The position numbers and the translations under genes are program-made. A stretch of 64,000 nucleotides of DNA from Strigamia acuminata. Taxonomy: Eukaryota. The notes beneath the pieces are model-generated. The model did not search any database and had not been told where the DNA came from. It saw nothing but the letters and a program-made list of their open reading frames with translations. The stretch is taken from NCBI GenBank assembly GCA_949358305.1, contig OX442314.1, positions 19,654,001 through 19,718,000 on the forward strand. Reading direction: 5' to 3'. Below, piece by piece: positions 1 to 14,784 of this stretch (positions within the stretch are counted from its first letter, which is position 1; the number at the start of each line of letters is the position of its first letter).

Positions 1-239
1 GTTACGTGTGCCATTAATAATTACAACAAATGGTCGCAGATCGATGGTTGGATCAACGCACATAAAAGAATCACAATAAGTCACGAGAGGACCACGCCGA
101 AGAGAAGTACTAGTACCACGCGGTCGCAGAAGAAGTAACAAACGGGAATTTCGAAAAACCGATAGGACGTAAATCGCCGAAAATCGCACTAGACGTAAAG
201 ATGACGATCACAAAGCTCCACTGAATTGTTGAACAATAC

Positions 240-940
240 CAATTACCTGCTATTACCATCTTTAGAGGGCGGAAATTATGGCGGATGGCCATTACGGCGA
301 TCGAACTACCACGTAGTAGCCCAGAAGCGGAATATTTCGAAGCCAAAGAGAAAATTTGGGAGGCCTTGGATGACAAAAACGCCGTAGCAATCGAGATTAT
401 CATCGGCACATTGATGGAAGAGCAGGTACTCAGATACCGGGCCACGAGAAACGCGATGACGCTTTGTAGTAAGATCCAAGACAACGAAGCGACCGACAAC
501 GCGCAAGGCGCAATTGCAGATGGAATGCAACATGCAGATCACGCACTGCAAAATAGAGAAAGCGGAAACTGTCGACCACTATTTTAATCGGATCGAGGTG
601 TTGCATCACGAAAGTGGACAGCTGGGCAAAGACATCAACGATGAAAAAGTCCGATTCTGCGACTTATACGGACTGCGACCAGAGTTGGAAGAAACTACTG
701 TATATTGGCGATAAGTTCGCATGATGCCGAGGCAAATTGACAAGTGAGACGCAGCAAGAGAAAAGGCCAGCGAAGCAAGAGGACCAGATGCGGCCTACGA
801 GACAAAAAACAAGAGATTCGAGAAGAAAACGAACGTACGGAAATGCTACAATTGCGACATGCCAAGACATGTGGCCGGAGATTGCAAAAACCCGACTGTC
901 GTGGGACCGGGCATCGCGCAGCTGACTATATACAACTCAA
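240..940 (+). mobile_element. Degenerate Ty1/copia-like LTR retrotransposon gag remnant (frameshifted, internal stops)
   Basis: ORF 285-587 (WEALDDKNAVAIEIIIGTLMEEQV...RNAMTLCSKI) and ORF 514-714 (ETVDHYFNRIEVL...LGKDINDE...LYGLRPE) resemble consecutive copia gag segments in different frames. The frame of the 514 ORF continues past stops to a CX2CX4HX4C zinc knuckle CYNCDMPRHVAGDC at 844-885, and a decayed second knuckle (CRGTGHRAADY) follows in another frame. Higher GC and CpG than flanks. No pol or LTR identified. Confidence 0.75.
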
Positions 941-2518
941 AAAGGAGGGCAAAAATGGCAGACATAATGCGAAGATCCCAATAAAACTTGCTGCGTTCCT
1001 GGATTTCCAACAAACAAATTAGCAAAAGACAAGTTGCAGGTTGAATGCCGTTTCAGGTCTGCTATCGGATTTGGCCAGTAAATTAATGTCTAGGGGTAAT
1101 TAAATAAAGACACAATATCTAACAAGCAGTTTAAAGTGAATATATAACTTTATTAATGTTAAAATGGATGCAAAAAGGTTATACATTAAGAGTAAGATAT
1201 ATAAACAAAGATGATATAGTAAATTGAACAAAGGAGAAATAAGCCAGTGCTGGAATGGTCCAGTGGCCCGACCCATCCAGGTTTCCCGGTACTAAATTTG
1301 TACCCTGAATGAGCGTTGTTCCGTGTGCGAAAATGAAATAAATTTATTTTAAATTGTTTATTCTTTTTCACTGTTTTTTTTTGTACATTGTACATTTTTT
1401 TTTCTTTGTAATAAAATAAAAATGAATTTGATTTCAATTGAGGAAAATCGTTATAATTTTTTATTTTTTTTTTATTTTATATCGTTTTGTTCATTCTATC
1501 AATAAAAAGAAATAAATTGCTAGCAGCTGTTTACAAATTTAATGTATAAAGACATGTGAAAATGGAAATTCAGTTAAGCTACAGGTAAACTTTTAATTGC
1601 CTCGAGTCTGGATTTTTGTCCTCTTTCGTTGCATTTGAAGGAAAAAATTCCCTGTTTTTGGTTGTGTTTTTATTGTTATCTTTATGATTATTTATATTTT
1701 ATAATGTATTTTAGCAACTCTCCTTGCCCTATACATATCATACAAAAGTAATGAGTAGTTTTAGTTGTTTTCTTACATGTGAAAATCGCTCAGTTTGTGG
1801 ACAATCATTGGAAATTAGGTTCGAATGATTTTAATATGGAATTCAACAAAAACTATTTGCTCTTCACTGTACTTACATATGCGTTTACATTTCTGGAATA
1901 TAGGATAGCTTTATTTATTGCGTCTTTGTTGGTAGTGTTTCAATTTTGGCTGTAAAAGTTTTGATTGTTTTGGTTTGAATTTTTTTTCTTCAGTTTTCTT
2001 TTGTATTTGTAAATAAAAATTGCATTTATTCAGAATTTTTAGTTTGAATCAAAGTTGTTTTTATTTAAATTTATGTTTTTTATCTTTGTTTATAAGCTTT
2101 AAATTCGTAAAATTATTAATTTTAGCATTTTACTGCCTGCACGACAAGTGTTGAAACACCTGTCAATTGCTACTGACTGCTTGGCAAATGGCAGGCTGGA
2201 TGTACATTGCAACCTGGTGGTGATTTCTAATACCATTCCTAACTAAATAGTTATTTATATAACTAAAAATACAATAAATAAATTTCTTTAAAAATACTTT
2301 TTCAATTTATTTTATCCAATAGGATGTATAAATTAATTAACCAAAGAGAAAAAGATTAAGTTTAAAAAATATGAGGATGAGGCGAACATGTGGTTCCCAT
2401 AATACCCACCGGCATGGCAACAACTGTTGGATTAGGAAAGTAATAAACCTCGTGGTTGGACTACAAGCAAACGTGCCTAATATTTCAATTTGGAGAAAAG
2501 AAATTTGATAATTTTCAG

Positions 2519-2663
2519 ACAGATAAAGCTCATAAATTATTTAGTATCTCACAGGAACATTTGGCACACGCCACTCACTGACGCCACGTAACTGTATCCT
2601 CAAAAAATGAAAGTTTGTCCAAGGTTTGATCAGGCATTTTGATTTCTGACACGATTTAAAGAG
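2519..2663 (+). other. Possible non-coding 5'UTR exon
   Basis: Acceptor-like attttcag ends at 2518 and a perfect donor AG|GTAAGT starts at 2664. No transcript evidence. Confidence 0.25.
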
Positions 2664-3323
2664 GTAAGTGTGAGAGAAATTTGTCTCAATTGATCACTTT
2701 TTGATTTGATGTGTAGTAATTTTTTAAATATAACTTTTTTAATGAAATGAATTAAGGTACACATTTTTCATGAGGAAATAAAAAACATTTTCCTACCAAA
2801 TACTAAAGAAACTAATGTTTTTAATTAAGAAAATAGTTGATATTATTAATTTGGAATAACAGTTTCCTTATGATCACCGTAAAATGTCCAATTAGTGCCC
2901 GGGCGCTTATATTCATTCCCGTGGTTGGTGGTGCTGGTGACCCAGGTGGTAATTGAAGCTATAGGGCTAATTCGGTCCAAAATAGATTTCTAGTTTTACC
3001 TATTTTCTTATAATATGACTCACATTTATCTCACAGACTATAAATATTTTTAGTGTAAACAGTTTAAATTTTTTTAAAGCATTTATTTCTCGGCCTAGTT
3101 GCTAAGCAAATACAAACCCATAACTTTTATAGACGCAGACACTTTAAACCTGTTCACTAAGCACGAGTGGTTTTGGTTTACTAGAAGTCAGGTGCCATTT
3201 TTTTCCAGCTTATTTCAATAATTTATAGTAATTTATTAAACTGGCGTCGAGTTATAATTTAATAATGATTTTATAATGAACGTATAATGTGATTTACTAA
3301 TTAGTTTGTTATCTTTGATATAG

Positions 3324-3407
3324 AAGGAAAATAAACATCAGCTTGAATCAGATTTTCATAAAACACCACTTAAGATGTGTTTTAATCAATCAAAACATAA
3401 TTATAAG
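3324..3407 (+). other. Possible non-coding 5'UTR exon
   Basis: T-rich acceptor ending tag at 3323 and donor AAG|GTATGT at 3408. No transcript evidence. Confidence 0.2.
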
Positions 3408-6400
3408 GTATGTATGAAATTCTTTTGTACTTTTAATCAAAAGCAAACATAGGGAGCTCAAAATATTTACTAATAATTATGATAATAAGGTATAAACTAT
3501 AATTCGTGTGCTTTGATTGCATTTTGACTCGTGTAGTTTGAATTGTAAATTCGGTGTGAAAAATATGAGCGTGCCAAATGAAATGACGCATCTAATCCCA
3601 CATGCTTTATTAGTTTTTATAAACTCTTAACTTTCAATAATAAATGAGCGTAATTGGTCGAATGGATTAAGATATGAAGCATAAGACTTTGTGATTGTGA
3701 TAGCAGTTGACACTCCATGTCACCAATCTTCACTCAAGTGTGAATGGATTATTCTGTGCAGATTCTTCTTCTCTCTGCTGACTCCATTGATCAAGGAACC
3801 AACAGACTGAAGATCAAAGTTGACTTTGATTTAGATGACTGGGATCGCCTCACTCCAAAAGGGTGTCAAATTACTTCCAAATTTCCAAGCTGGATTTCTC
3901 GTGCGAAAAAGATTGATATAATCTCGACTTGAATAGATGTAAGTTTTATTTACAAATTATGCAATATTCTTTTTGTTTAAACAAAAAGGAATGGAAATGA
4001 ATTTTTCAAGCTTAAAGTTGCACATCAACTTCTTATTATTGCTTAAAATTAGATTTTGAAGAAGCTATAAACTCTTAATGTGTTAAATTCCTGACGAGAA
4101 GGAAAAAAAAGAATTTACTATTATTAGAAGATTATATATCCTCTTGTCTTGAAAATTGAAGTAAATTTTAAAAGTTACAGTTTAACTTTTATTTTATTTG
4201 CCAATTCCAACCAGAAAAATCCTATCAGAAAACTGAACAAATATTTTACTTTCGATTCTATATCTCCCTTGACTAACTTTATCAATAGTACAAATTGAGT
4301 GATATTAATTCAATGCCAGAAACAGAAAGTCAGCACAATCCGAACGAAAACAATCGCGCTGGAAAAAAAAGACATTTTGAGAAAAAAAAAATCAATTCCT
4401 TTTTAAAATTAACCCCAATTTATTAATAAAAAAGTAACAAAAATATATAATATATATATATATATATATTCAATCCGGCAACAAATTGATGAAAACAGGT
4501 CCATTTGCTACATGTTTATTGAATTGAAGAAATCAATTGAAAACTCTTAGTGGAGGAATAATCAAATGTAAGGTTCAATACACAGGTGGCAAGAGCCAAA
4601 CCAACAGGCAAAGGGAGGAGAGAAAAGATTCCTCCTTTCCTCAAGATCCCTCTCTTTCCCTCTGGCTAGCCTCCTATTCCCCCTCCACCACCAATGTCTC
4701 CTTTTTCCTGTATACTCACATGGCTGTGTAGTTTATATTGATCCCCATACAATTGTCAAGGCCCCTTACTTACTCTTATTCACAAATGGTCCTTGGGTTG
4801 TTTATGACAACTTATCCAACTGCTTGCTTTTTATTCATGCGAAAACTTTCACAGTTTTTAGCTCCGGGTTTTCCAGACAACAAGTTGGCGACTCAGGTAG
4901 ATATATATACATTTTAATTCTGATACATTTAGCAAAGGGGGAGAGTGTATTGATTTGAGTCGTGTATTTAGTTGATTGGCAAGTCACCTTGAACTGAATT
5001 TAATGGAATTAAGGAGAATTTATGTGCGAGAATTGTTTGTTTGCGGGATTTGCTTTAATGATTGTTATTTTATTCAAATGTATAGAATTTATGTTGAGCT
5101 TTTTTTCGGATCTGCATTGCAGTGAAAACACACTGCGCAGTTTAATTAATAATTAAAAATAAGTCGATATTTTATTTCATGCTCGATTGGGAAAATCTTT
5201 TTACACTTGATAGAACGAGTGGACTTTACTGCCGCAACATTTTACTGCTTGTGACATTTGAGCCGTGTTTGTGAAGCTGTTCTTGAATCAATGGTTTGGG
5301 AACAATGTTTAGGGTGTTTAGAATGGAAAAAAGATATCAGAATATCTTCAATCAAAATAATCTATTTCTTGTAGGGATGTTGCTGTTTACTGGTAAAAAA
5401 GAAGACAGAGACTGATAAAGCCGCTTGTTCGTACAAAACGCCACTACGCTCGATTCGTGCAAGGTTATTGAGGGGGAAAGTGCAACAAATGCCGGGGAAT
5501 GGATAAATAGCGAGACTTTAAGACAAGTAAATTTGAAGGGAAGAAAAAAATAGCAATTTAAAGCAAACATACAACGCAATGTACGCAAGATCTTAATGTC
5601 AACTTGTGGTGAAATTTTTAGCACGAATAGAAATTGGCAAATTTTAAAAATGTACGTTTTAATGTGTTAAAAATGCAAATAGTTGACGAACGAATATTTT
5701 CAGCTCGCATGTGCTCCTCGTGTCAGAAATCAAACGAAAAAAGACAATTTGCATTTGATGTATATAAGTGGTATCGATTGCTTCATGAATGTTTTAGGCA
5801 ACATTCAATCAAGATTGTCACACAGTGGCAGTTTTATGGCCCCGCAGCACAGCCCTTTTCTGGGGCTCTATTCGATCACCTGAAGTAACGTGACTTAATC
5901 CATAAGAATGAGTTAAACGAAAACTATTATATGATTGAAAACTACTTTTTGGCGCTATAAATTCGTCCTAAAACGTTGGGCAAGAAAATGTAGTATTGCA
6001 ATAAGTGTAGGAAATCATACTTGTTAAGAAAGCGATAAACGTTAATTTCAGTGGAACAAGGGCCTGGTTTCTGGATGAAATAGGCGAAGGTTTTACATTA
6101 CAACTTGTGTAAGAGATTCTTAATTGCTTTGCACAGCAGGCAGCCCACAATGGTTTCTTGTGCATGTACGCTACATAATTGTCTTGGAAATTGAAGAAAA
6201 TTTAATCCTGCATTACTTATTTGGCCTTGACAACCTTCCCTCTTTCATTCAGCTCATAGATATCATTTATATATCCAGGTGCACCTGTTTTTTTTTTTGT
6301 TTTTTTTTTTAAATCTATTATTCGTTTTTTCTTGACAGCAAAAAAAATAATGATAAATGTCTCGATGATGGGTATTAAGAATGTACGCGGAATAATAATT

Positions 6401-8119
6401 AGAATTCAAAACACACAAGTTTGTCGTCTTCCTCTTCTCTTATTCTTTGATGAGCAGCTCCACTAGGCTTGAAGATAATAGTGAATTTGCTACTGTATAT
6501 GCGAGTGGCGCAGTTTGAGAAATTGTCTTATTTGTATCGCAATATGGTTTTGGGATTATCAGTCATTGGAAATAATTACACATAATTTGTCCTGCTCAAA
6601 AGCCAATTTATTCACTGGACTATAAATCACCCAAAGGCATGGCACGTTGGTCGGTTGAGATTAAATTAATTTACAGTTACAAATTGTTGATAAATGAACA
6701 AACTCTTGTTTTATATGTGCTTTGTGCTAACTATTGTTTTTGAAATTGTGTGTATTCGTTGTGAATTAACTGCATAAATCAGTTTATGCCGCGAATGCAA
6801 TCAGCTGTGAATCTTACTCGAGTAAATCATAAAAATCAATAAATTCAATTCGAAAGTAAATCTAGCAGGTACGAAGTCCAAATCGATAAATAATTTTTAC
6901 AATTTTATAGTTTGCTGAAAAATCGGTAAATCTTAAATCAATAAATCATTCCAACTTATTCTTTTTTGAATGTTTGAAGCATTGTAAATCAATCAATTAT
7001 ATTGGCCGGGGAAAAGGTTTAAAATCTGATGCTTTTATTCGGATATAAACACATTCTACAAAACGGTTTTATGATTTTTTTCTTAGATCAAGTGGTTTCA
7101 TTTAAGAAAATGAGAAAAGCAAATGGACATTACATGTATATTTTTTGGTTGAACACAAACGCAGAAATATTGGTATTACTCATACGAATTATTAATACAA
7201 GACCGACGAGAATTAGTGGTTTTAAATTTCGAAATAGCGGAATCAATCTAATTAAAGAAATTTCAAACCTGTACATCATCTCGCATTTCTAATTAGAAAT
7301 AGGAGACTATGAACTAAATCATGGATTATATCCTCCAGACACGAGTATCAGCTGCTTGAAAGTGTTTTAATTCTGGAAAGAAAATGACACAAATTGGCTT
7401 CAATTTTTACTGGTAAAAATATCTTTTCACTCACAAGAATGAACAACCCTCAGTCCATGAACCATGTGGTGGCACTGGAGGACCCCTTACTTCATACATC
7501 ACACAACCCCTAAACACACACCCCTTCTCCTTTCTTTTATATTTTTTTTTTGCTTGTACAAAAGCACAGCTGATTTAGAATGAATGGCAGCGGTATGAAT
7601 AAAATGTGATTCCAGAGTAGAGTAAGGAGTAATTCTCTTTAAGCGAGGACTGTTATCATTATCGATCGCGCTACGGACAAAATTTTTAACAAATTAAAAT
7701 TGAGTGATTGCAATGACAAAACCAGTTTTGCAAAAAGCTTTAAACGTTAATGATTCATTTTCAGACTGCTTAATGTAAAAAAAATGCATGTAATAAGGTG
7801 AAATAGTTTTTATTTGACCGATGATTTAGTATTTGGTATTAACAACTTGTAAAATAGTGCATCTTTACGTTGATTCATTTACATAAGGCAAATTAATGCA
7901 CAATTTTTTTTTGGTATGTAAAAATGCGCCAATTTTAACATGAAAGAAATACTAAATATTTTCAACTTGATGTAGACTGTTGGACATCGGTCAATGGTCG
8001 TTTTTGCGACTCTACGAACGTAATTTTTGTTACATGTGAAAGGCATGTTGAGTAACGATTAGATTTTGTAATTTGAGCCTTGGGAAAAAGCAATTCCGGT
8101 GATAATAATAATAAATAAA

Positions 8120-8150
<31 letters not shown>

Positions 8151-11100
8151 AAAGCGTGGTAAAAAGTAGATATTTTGTTTCATTCATAATCATTTGCCAA
8201 TGCAATTAGGTTTGGGTGCAGCAGGCAAGAGCCAGGCTGAAAAGCCATACAGTTATGTAATTTATGTTTATGAAAAGTGCCTTGCATAAAAGTGTCATGA
8301 ATATACTTTCGCTAAAAGTAGGAAACGCAAAGTGATTTATTTTTATTTTTATTTTAGTTAGAATGGCAAACCCGTTTTTACAACCTAGGAAAAATGTAAA
8401 ACAAACTGCACGAAATCCAATTTTATTGAAAATTAATCTTAATTTTACTAAAGAATAAAACTTTATTAAAATTTGGCATTACGCCTGCACAATTCGAGCC
8501 GAACTGTGTTTTGTTCCTTAAATTATTCAACAGCTCGAACGATTTAAAGTAACTCCAAGTTGTGAGGAAGAAAGAAAAAAAAACTCAGCTTGGGAACAAT
8601 TATGCATTTAAATATAAGTTGACAGACTGCTCTTTCTGGTGGTCGTCATTAATCAAGTCAATCCCAAAAGATCTATAAAGCAAGCAACTTTTATATTTAT
8701 CCAACTAACCTAGGACTTTATTTTTAAACAAAAATGAACAGATGACACCGTTATTTTTCTAGCAGCAACTAGAAGATTGCTTGACCTTCTCCTTTTTACC
8801 CCTATCAGTCATAAATCGATCCGTTTTATGACCCCTTTAAACCCCCTAAGGGACATCTATGTCCACCAACTAAACTCTGTTCCTTCTAGAATTCCCCTTA
8901 CTCATCCTTCATGAAATTTTCTCCAAATTCCACCCACCCTATATGGTGTATACTTGCAAAGATAGTATAATTAGCCCTAGAGGGGAGAATGAGGGTGGTA
9001 TTAGTTTATAGAAGTGCTATTGTTCACACCACATCTCTCTCCCTCTCCCTTTCCTACTCATGACAGGTTTGAGCCGTGTCCTGAAAATTTTAAATAAAAA
9101 CAAACAATCGTCATACTACTACCACTAACTGGTGTTTCAGATAAATCATTTTTGATTTTGTTTAGTTTTTTTCAAGATGCCACAAGAATATAGCATTTGT
9201 CTTGTTTTGTGTATAAATTGTTATTTAGTCTGCAAAAATAATCATTTTGAGATCGAATCAGTGCGTGTGGTGGTTGATCGAATATAATTTTAGACGGGTT
9301 TAAAACTTCGATTGTCACGTATTTCATATAAATCAGTTTTAAATGAACGATTTTAAATTAATTTGTCACTTTTTATGTGGAAGTCATTATGGATTCTTTT
9401 TTTTTTTTTTTTTAAATTTATTTAACTATTCAAGTTGTTATCTTTTTTCATCATGATATGATGTTTACGTTTAATACTGAATTTATGTTGTCACATGCTG
9501 AAAGATTCAATCTTTTTTATATGCTTAGGGGAAAGAAAGCATAAAATTTTCAACATGGAAAATGTTAATCTAAATATGCGTTGGAAATGTTTCGCAAATA
9601 TCATTTATTTAGGTACACATATACCTTTTTCATAAAATAAAAATAACTGCCAACTAAGGGAAGTAACATATCACTTGTATCGCGACTATCTGCCTCGAAA
9701 GAAGTCAAACTCAATTATAATTTATCAGGATAAAAGTTTTATATCTGAAAAACATCCTCGACTTCAAAATTGCTTCGTAATTGTTACGATTCTAACGAAA
9801 ATCTGAGCAGACTAAAAATTCCTTTCAATTTTTTCTCCTTGTTTTGCATCATCTTTTATACCATCTCCAGCCCAAAATTCACCCCTACACGCCTAGTACC
9901 TAGGACACGTTAATTTAATTGCAAATGCGTTTATTGATACGATATTCACGTGTTGCAATTCATTATTGTATGATATTGCAAACAAATCCCTGTCTACATG
10001 TGTTGGCAATAGAATCTTGTGTGTGTGTGCTCTATACTACACTCTGATCGTTAGGCATGTTCCACTACGTGTACAGAGGGGTGGAAATTGAAACACACTC
10101 ACTTTGAACTGGGCACAGGCCGGGAAAGCCACGTTGGACTACTCCTCAAACAGTTAAGCACATTGTTGCCATTTAAACCACTTTCCCCTGGATTTTTTTC
10201 CAACCAAGCAGCGTGAATAAGAAAAATCACCAACTCTATTTGCACGTAAGTTTCTGCTCGAGAGTTTTTCCCTTTTTCAACACGTTTGGATTGTGATTGT
10301 AAAAATGGACATAAAGGGGCTTGTGAAGTGTTAGTTAGTGTTGTGCAGATAGCATGACCATTGGCCTCCACGTGTTTTTATAACACGTGCCAGAAATGAA
10401 ATTGAGAAGTGGTGGGTGGAGGAGATGCGGCGGATGGTGGTAAAAGGTTGATTTAAGTTTTAAAGCTTGTTTATTAAATTTGAATCTCTTAGCCACTTTT
10501 TGCCTTCCTTTTAAATCCTCGACTGGAGGAAAAGGTAAAGGGATGTGACGATCTGATAATTTGCGACAGGATTTCGGTTTAATTTCGATTTTGATAAACA
10601 GTGTGCTAGATTTCAGGATGCACAGTTCAAAAGTTGAATCGTGAGGATTAATTTTTAATTTTTGTTGGCTCGGTTTGTTTGTTTGTTTGCTGCTAATGTG
10701 GAGGGAGGGAGGGATATGAATGGGCTTAAATTGTGTGATAAATTAATACTGTCTTGGGTTTAAGTTTAATTGGAATGCAGGAGCTAGTGTTTCTTCTCTT
10801 GTCGTTTGGGAAGAATTTTAAGAATGACCCAAGAGGTTAAAAATTTGTTTCTTTCTGGGAAACACAATCACTAATTACTTTAAATCCAAACCATACGGCG
10901 AAGAAGGGATAATTAAAAAGGATAAGTTGATCATACTTTGAAGTTTGAGAGAGGGTTTTTTTTTTTCTTTGGAAATGATTTTTTTGCTTTCTTTGGCTCG
11001 TCTTTCTTTGTATTTTTGCTTTTGGTTTGATTTTTCTATTTTTAATTACTGGTTTTCGTTTTAAAATTAATCTTTTTGATGGCAAGGCCAATCAATTTAA

Positions 11101-14100
11101 GTAAAAAGACATTTCATCCTTAAGCTATTTACACCCCATTATGAAATGAGAAATTTTGATATTTTCAAATCCGCTAAATTTATAAATAATCTGCCAACTT
11201 CCTTTTGTCTGGGAGTGATGCCTTGCAAGGTTTAATTAATGTTTGTTTTACTTGGGTCTGGTTTAGAATTAAAAATTAGTTATTGACCTCTGTATTAGAC
11301 GTTAATTAATTTGAATTGAAACATTTGTTTCATCAATGTGTTGTGAAAAGAGTCAATTTCATGTTGCAACTGCAATCTGATAATAGAGTTAAGTGCAAGG
11401 TTTTTATTGATTTCGGATAAAGTTATACAATACTGTACAGAGAATCTCAAGTTGAAACGTGTACATTTTTATATGCATGAAAGTAAGCATACTCTATACA
11501 TGTATTTTAACGTAGTCATCAATAATAATTACTGTTTATGTACGGGGAAAAAAGCGGAAATTGAAAAATTATTTTGAAATTTTATTTAGTCTATTTTTTG
11601 TTTTACTTTATGGACCAACTTGGATCTTACACAAAAACTAGCAGGTGGCCAATTAAAAATTGGTACCTGGTGTTTGTTTTTATTTGTTTAAAAGTGCTAA
11701 AAATTCTGTGCTTTGTCTCGCGTAACGACTAATGAGTTCTAGAAAATTTGATATTTATTTATGGGATTAGTAAATTGTCATTACCGTGTGTGAGAGAGCT
11801 ACAGAATGTGATAAATAATAAATTAGGCGAAAGTAAGTTGAGAGAATTTTTAATTCACTTAAGAAAGCTTCAGTTTGAGTTAGAAAATTTGGTAAAAGTA
11901 GGCTTATATTCAGTTCATCTATACTTTACTTTAGGCTCTCTAAGGGTCTGTCAGTTTTAAATTAAATATTCAGTTAGCCTAATGGCAATTTCTTGCGTGT
12001 TTATTTTGCCCATTTGTGTAAACAATAGCTGCACTCGAAAACTTAAAAACGTCTTAAAGGAATTTAGTTTGGGGTGGCACATTTTTTTCAAGATTAAACT
12101 CACGGGAAACGTGAAAACCTTTTATTTTCGAATGTTTAATAACGAAAAAAAAGGCAGTTAAGCTTATTAAATAAATAAATAAAATTTCTAATTTAGTTAA
12201 TGTATGATAATTTGGTACCACAAGTGTTCATACGTCTCGCATAAAGGAAGTTGGTGATAAGCCTTTGTCATCCAGCAGGTGTATGTGTTTATTGTCTGGG
12301 TTATTTGCTTCATTTACATTACGCCGTGTTCTTAAAATTATAGTTTGCCTTAGCTTTTTCCCTTTATAGAATTAAATAAGAAAATAAATAAATAAATAAA
12401 TGAAAGGACAATAAAAATAAATAAATATTAAATCACGGCATTTACTATTTATTTTACATTCATTGAAGAATCCATTTAAACATATTCTTCCTGCTCGAGT
12501 TGCTCTGCTGACCCTGGGACTGCTCTTCACGTTTTTGAAAAGATTTTCTTTCTTCACCAAACAGTAGGTGAAGGTCAAAATAATTAAACCTAGAGAATAC
12601 GTCAACAAAATTCTTGTTTCAATTGTTATCTTTAAAAGGATTATTTTATTCTCATTTGTAGTTGAAACATATACGCACAATTTGAGTCGAATTAATTATT
12701 AAACTATATTTCTGTGTTTACGTAATTTGCCATTAATGAATTGAGGTTAACGGCGATTTTATAGGCAGAACATCATACTTAAAATACAATTTTCACAACC
12801 AACAACAATAAACGTAAACGAGAAAAATTCTAAGCAGAAACGGAGGAATTTGCATATTACATTACATATAATTTGAATAGGTCACGATCTGTTCTCAATG
12901 CGCCTAACAAATACTTAACCTTTTGGTTAGGCTTAAAGTAGTTTCCTAATTGTTATTGGCAAGTTGTGCGTCGAGGTTGCAGCATGTTGAAGTATTGGTG
13001 TGAAGCTTGGCTTTATCTTTTATTGATTTGTTCTCTCTTTAGACTCGGTGAACTGTCCTCTTTCTCTAACCTTCTAGTAAGTTATGGCAAATGATGCAAT
13101 TTACTCATCTTCGCTATATGGAGTGTAAACAAGGGTCGTAGTGGCTTAGACAGTGTCGTAAACAATGTTTTGACTGTATTGTGTGGGTGACTCTATTTCC
13201 AGTGTTCAGCTCCGTTCTCGCAGAAATAGAAAGAAGTGAACGATTTATCGCTATACAGGTGTCTTATTTGGAGCAATGAATTTTTATGTGGGTAATTTTA
13301 TTGATTGCTGAAAGTGCTTAAAACTTGCTATCCCGCACTAGGCCTATTTGATATTCAAGACTATGAGAAATCATTTTGATGTGTTAAATTATGTTCCATG
13401 TAAGATATTTTTGATGACATTTTAAATGAGTCGGTTGGAAAAATATTTTAAAGCTTAAAGCTCGTAGAGGAGCAAAGCCAACAGCTTTAGGTTTAACATT
13501 TTAGTGGTTTTACAAGTTGGGGGAAAAAATTGCTTATCAAATTTCAATGGTACGTCAACATTGAGTTTTATCGTTCTGCGCGATTAAAACGCATTGATGA
13601 ATGAATCGCAGATGTTATTTAATGATTTGCTAGGAAATTGTGTTTGTGATTTGCTTTTTATTAATTTTTAATGTTACATAATTTTTAATTTTTTTAAATG
13701 TGCAATTCCCCCGTGAATTAGACAGCATTGCAAATGACATTGACAATAGAAGGCAATTGTGGTTTCGAATTGTATGCAAGTGATAAGGGGAGGGGAATGT
13801 TCTTTGTGTATTATCTTTTGCACACTTGGTGATTTGATGTAGTGAATCATGTCAGGGGCCAATTCCCAATTGAGGACATTATCAACACTTGACTAATTAT
13901 ATTACGAAATGCCATAATGAAAACACTGTTGCAAATAAACGTCACATTTTTTTAAAAAAAAAGGAAGAAAGAAAAAAAGGAAAGGAAGTCGATAAATCAT
14001 CCACATGTAACTCCCTCCATGTTATGATAGGCTAAAAAATGGCGAAAAGACTTCATTTTTTCTTCTTTCTTTTTTTCAGTTTTTATTTTAATTTGCTGAA

Positions 14101-14275
14101 AAAAATGTACAATTCAATTTGTAAATTTGAGCCCCTCGTGTGACTGGAGTTTATTTAAATGAGTTTATGCAAACAGCAAATGTGTTAAAAATAATTGCTA
14201 ACAAGTGCTGACTTTTGGACTGCCCTCAGTGTCACTTTCTCGTTTTAATTGCACGAATTTATTGATTACTTGCAG

Positions 14276-14417
14276 ATACACTTCAATTAATGGATATATC
14301 GTCGGTGATAGTGGAGATTAATGATAAAGTGCCCATGTCTGCTATCCTACCACATGTCTTATCTTCACAACGTGCTCATTTATGAGAAGAACAAATGTTG
14401 GAGTGTTTTAAATTTAA
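14276..14417 (+). promoter_or_regulatory. RERE: 5'UTR part of first coding exon, containing uORFs
   Basis: Acceptor ttacttgcag ends at 14275; uORFs at 14290-14385 (31 aa) and 14395-14412 (5 aa) precede the main ATG. Confidence 0.5.
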
Positions 14418-14784
14418 ATGCCTGTAGAAACAAGAAAAAGTGAGGATAGGAGGCAGATGGCTGACGGCACGAGCAAGCACATGGTGACTAGGAATAATAG
14501 TAATAGCAACAATAACAATAATACCAATAACAGCAACAAACAAACAGAGACTAGCGTGGTGTGTAAATCAGGAAAGAAAGCAAAGCTTCGTCGACATAGC
14601 GAACCGAGTGATTACCAAGACGAAGACGTAGCTAATTGGTCTAAAAATAACATTGTTGAAGATGTGTTATTCGACTCTGGGTGTAGAAATGGATCGGCTG
14701 TGCGAGGACGAGCAATAAGGAGATTTTCAGGAGAGTACATCTGTTATGTGTCCGTAGGGGAGAAAGTCAAGTATAAACCTGGAG
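14418..14784 (+). CDS. RERE: Atrophin/RERE coding exon 1 (Asn-rich N-terminus, basic patch, start of BAH domain)
   Basis: ORF MPVETRK...KVKYKPG ends at donor GAG|GTAAGG (phase 1); YKPG+D matches the RERE BAH start (YRPGD). Start could be 14418 or the in-frame ATG at 14457. Confidence 0.85.

Noticed and set aside
1041..1330. Two short GC-richer segments that could be exons of a neighbouring gene
   Set aside because: No recognisable protein in any frame and splice signals are ambiguous on both strands.
10744..10765. TAATACTGTC, identical to the 5' end of miR-8/miR-200 family miRNAs
   Set aside because: Only about 10 nt match and no complementary arm forming a pre-miRNA hairpin.
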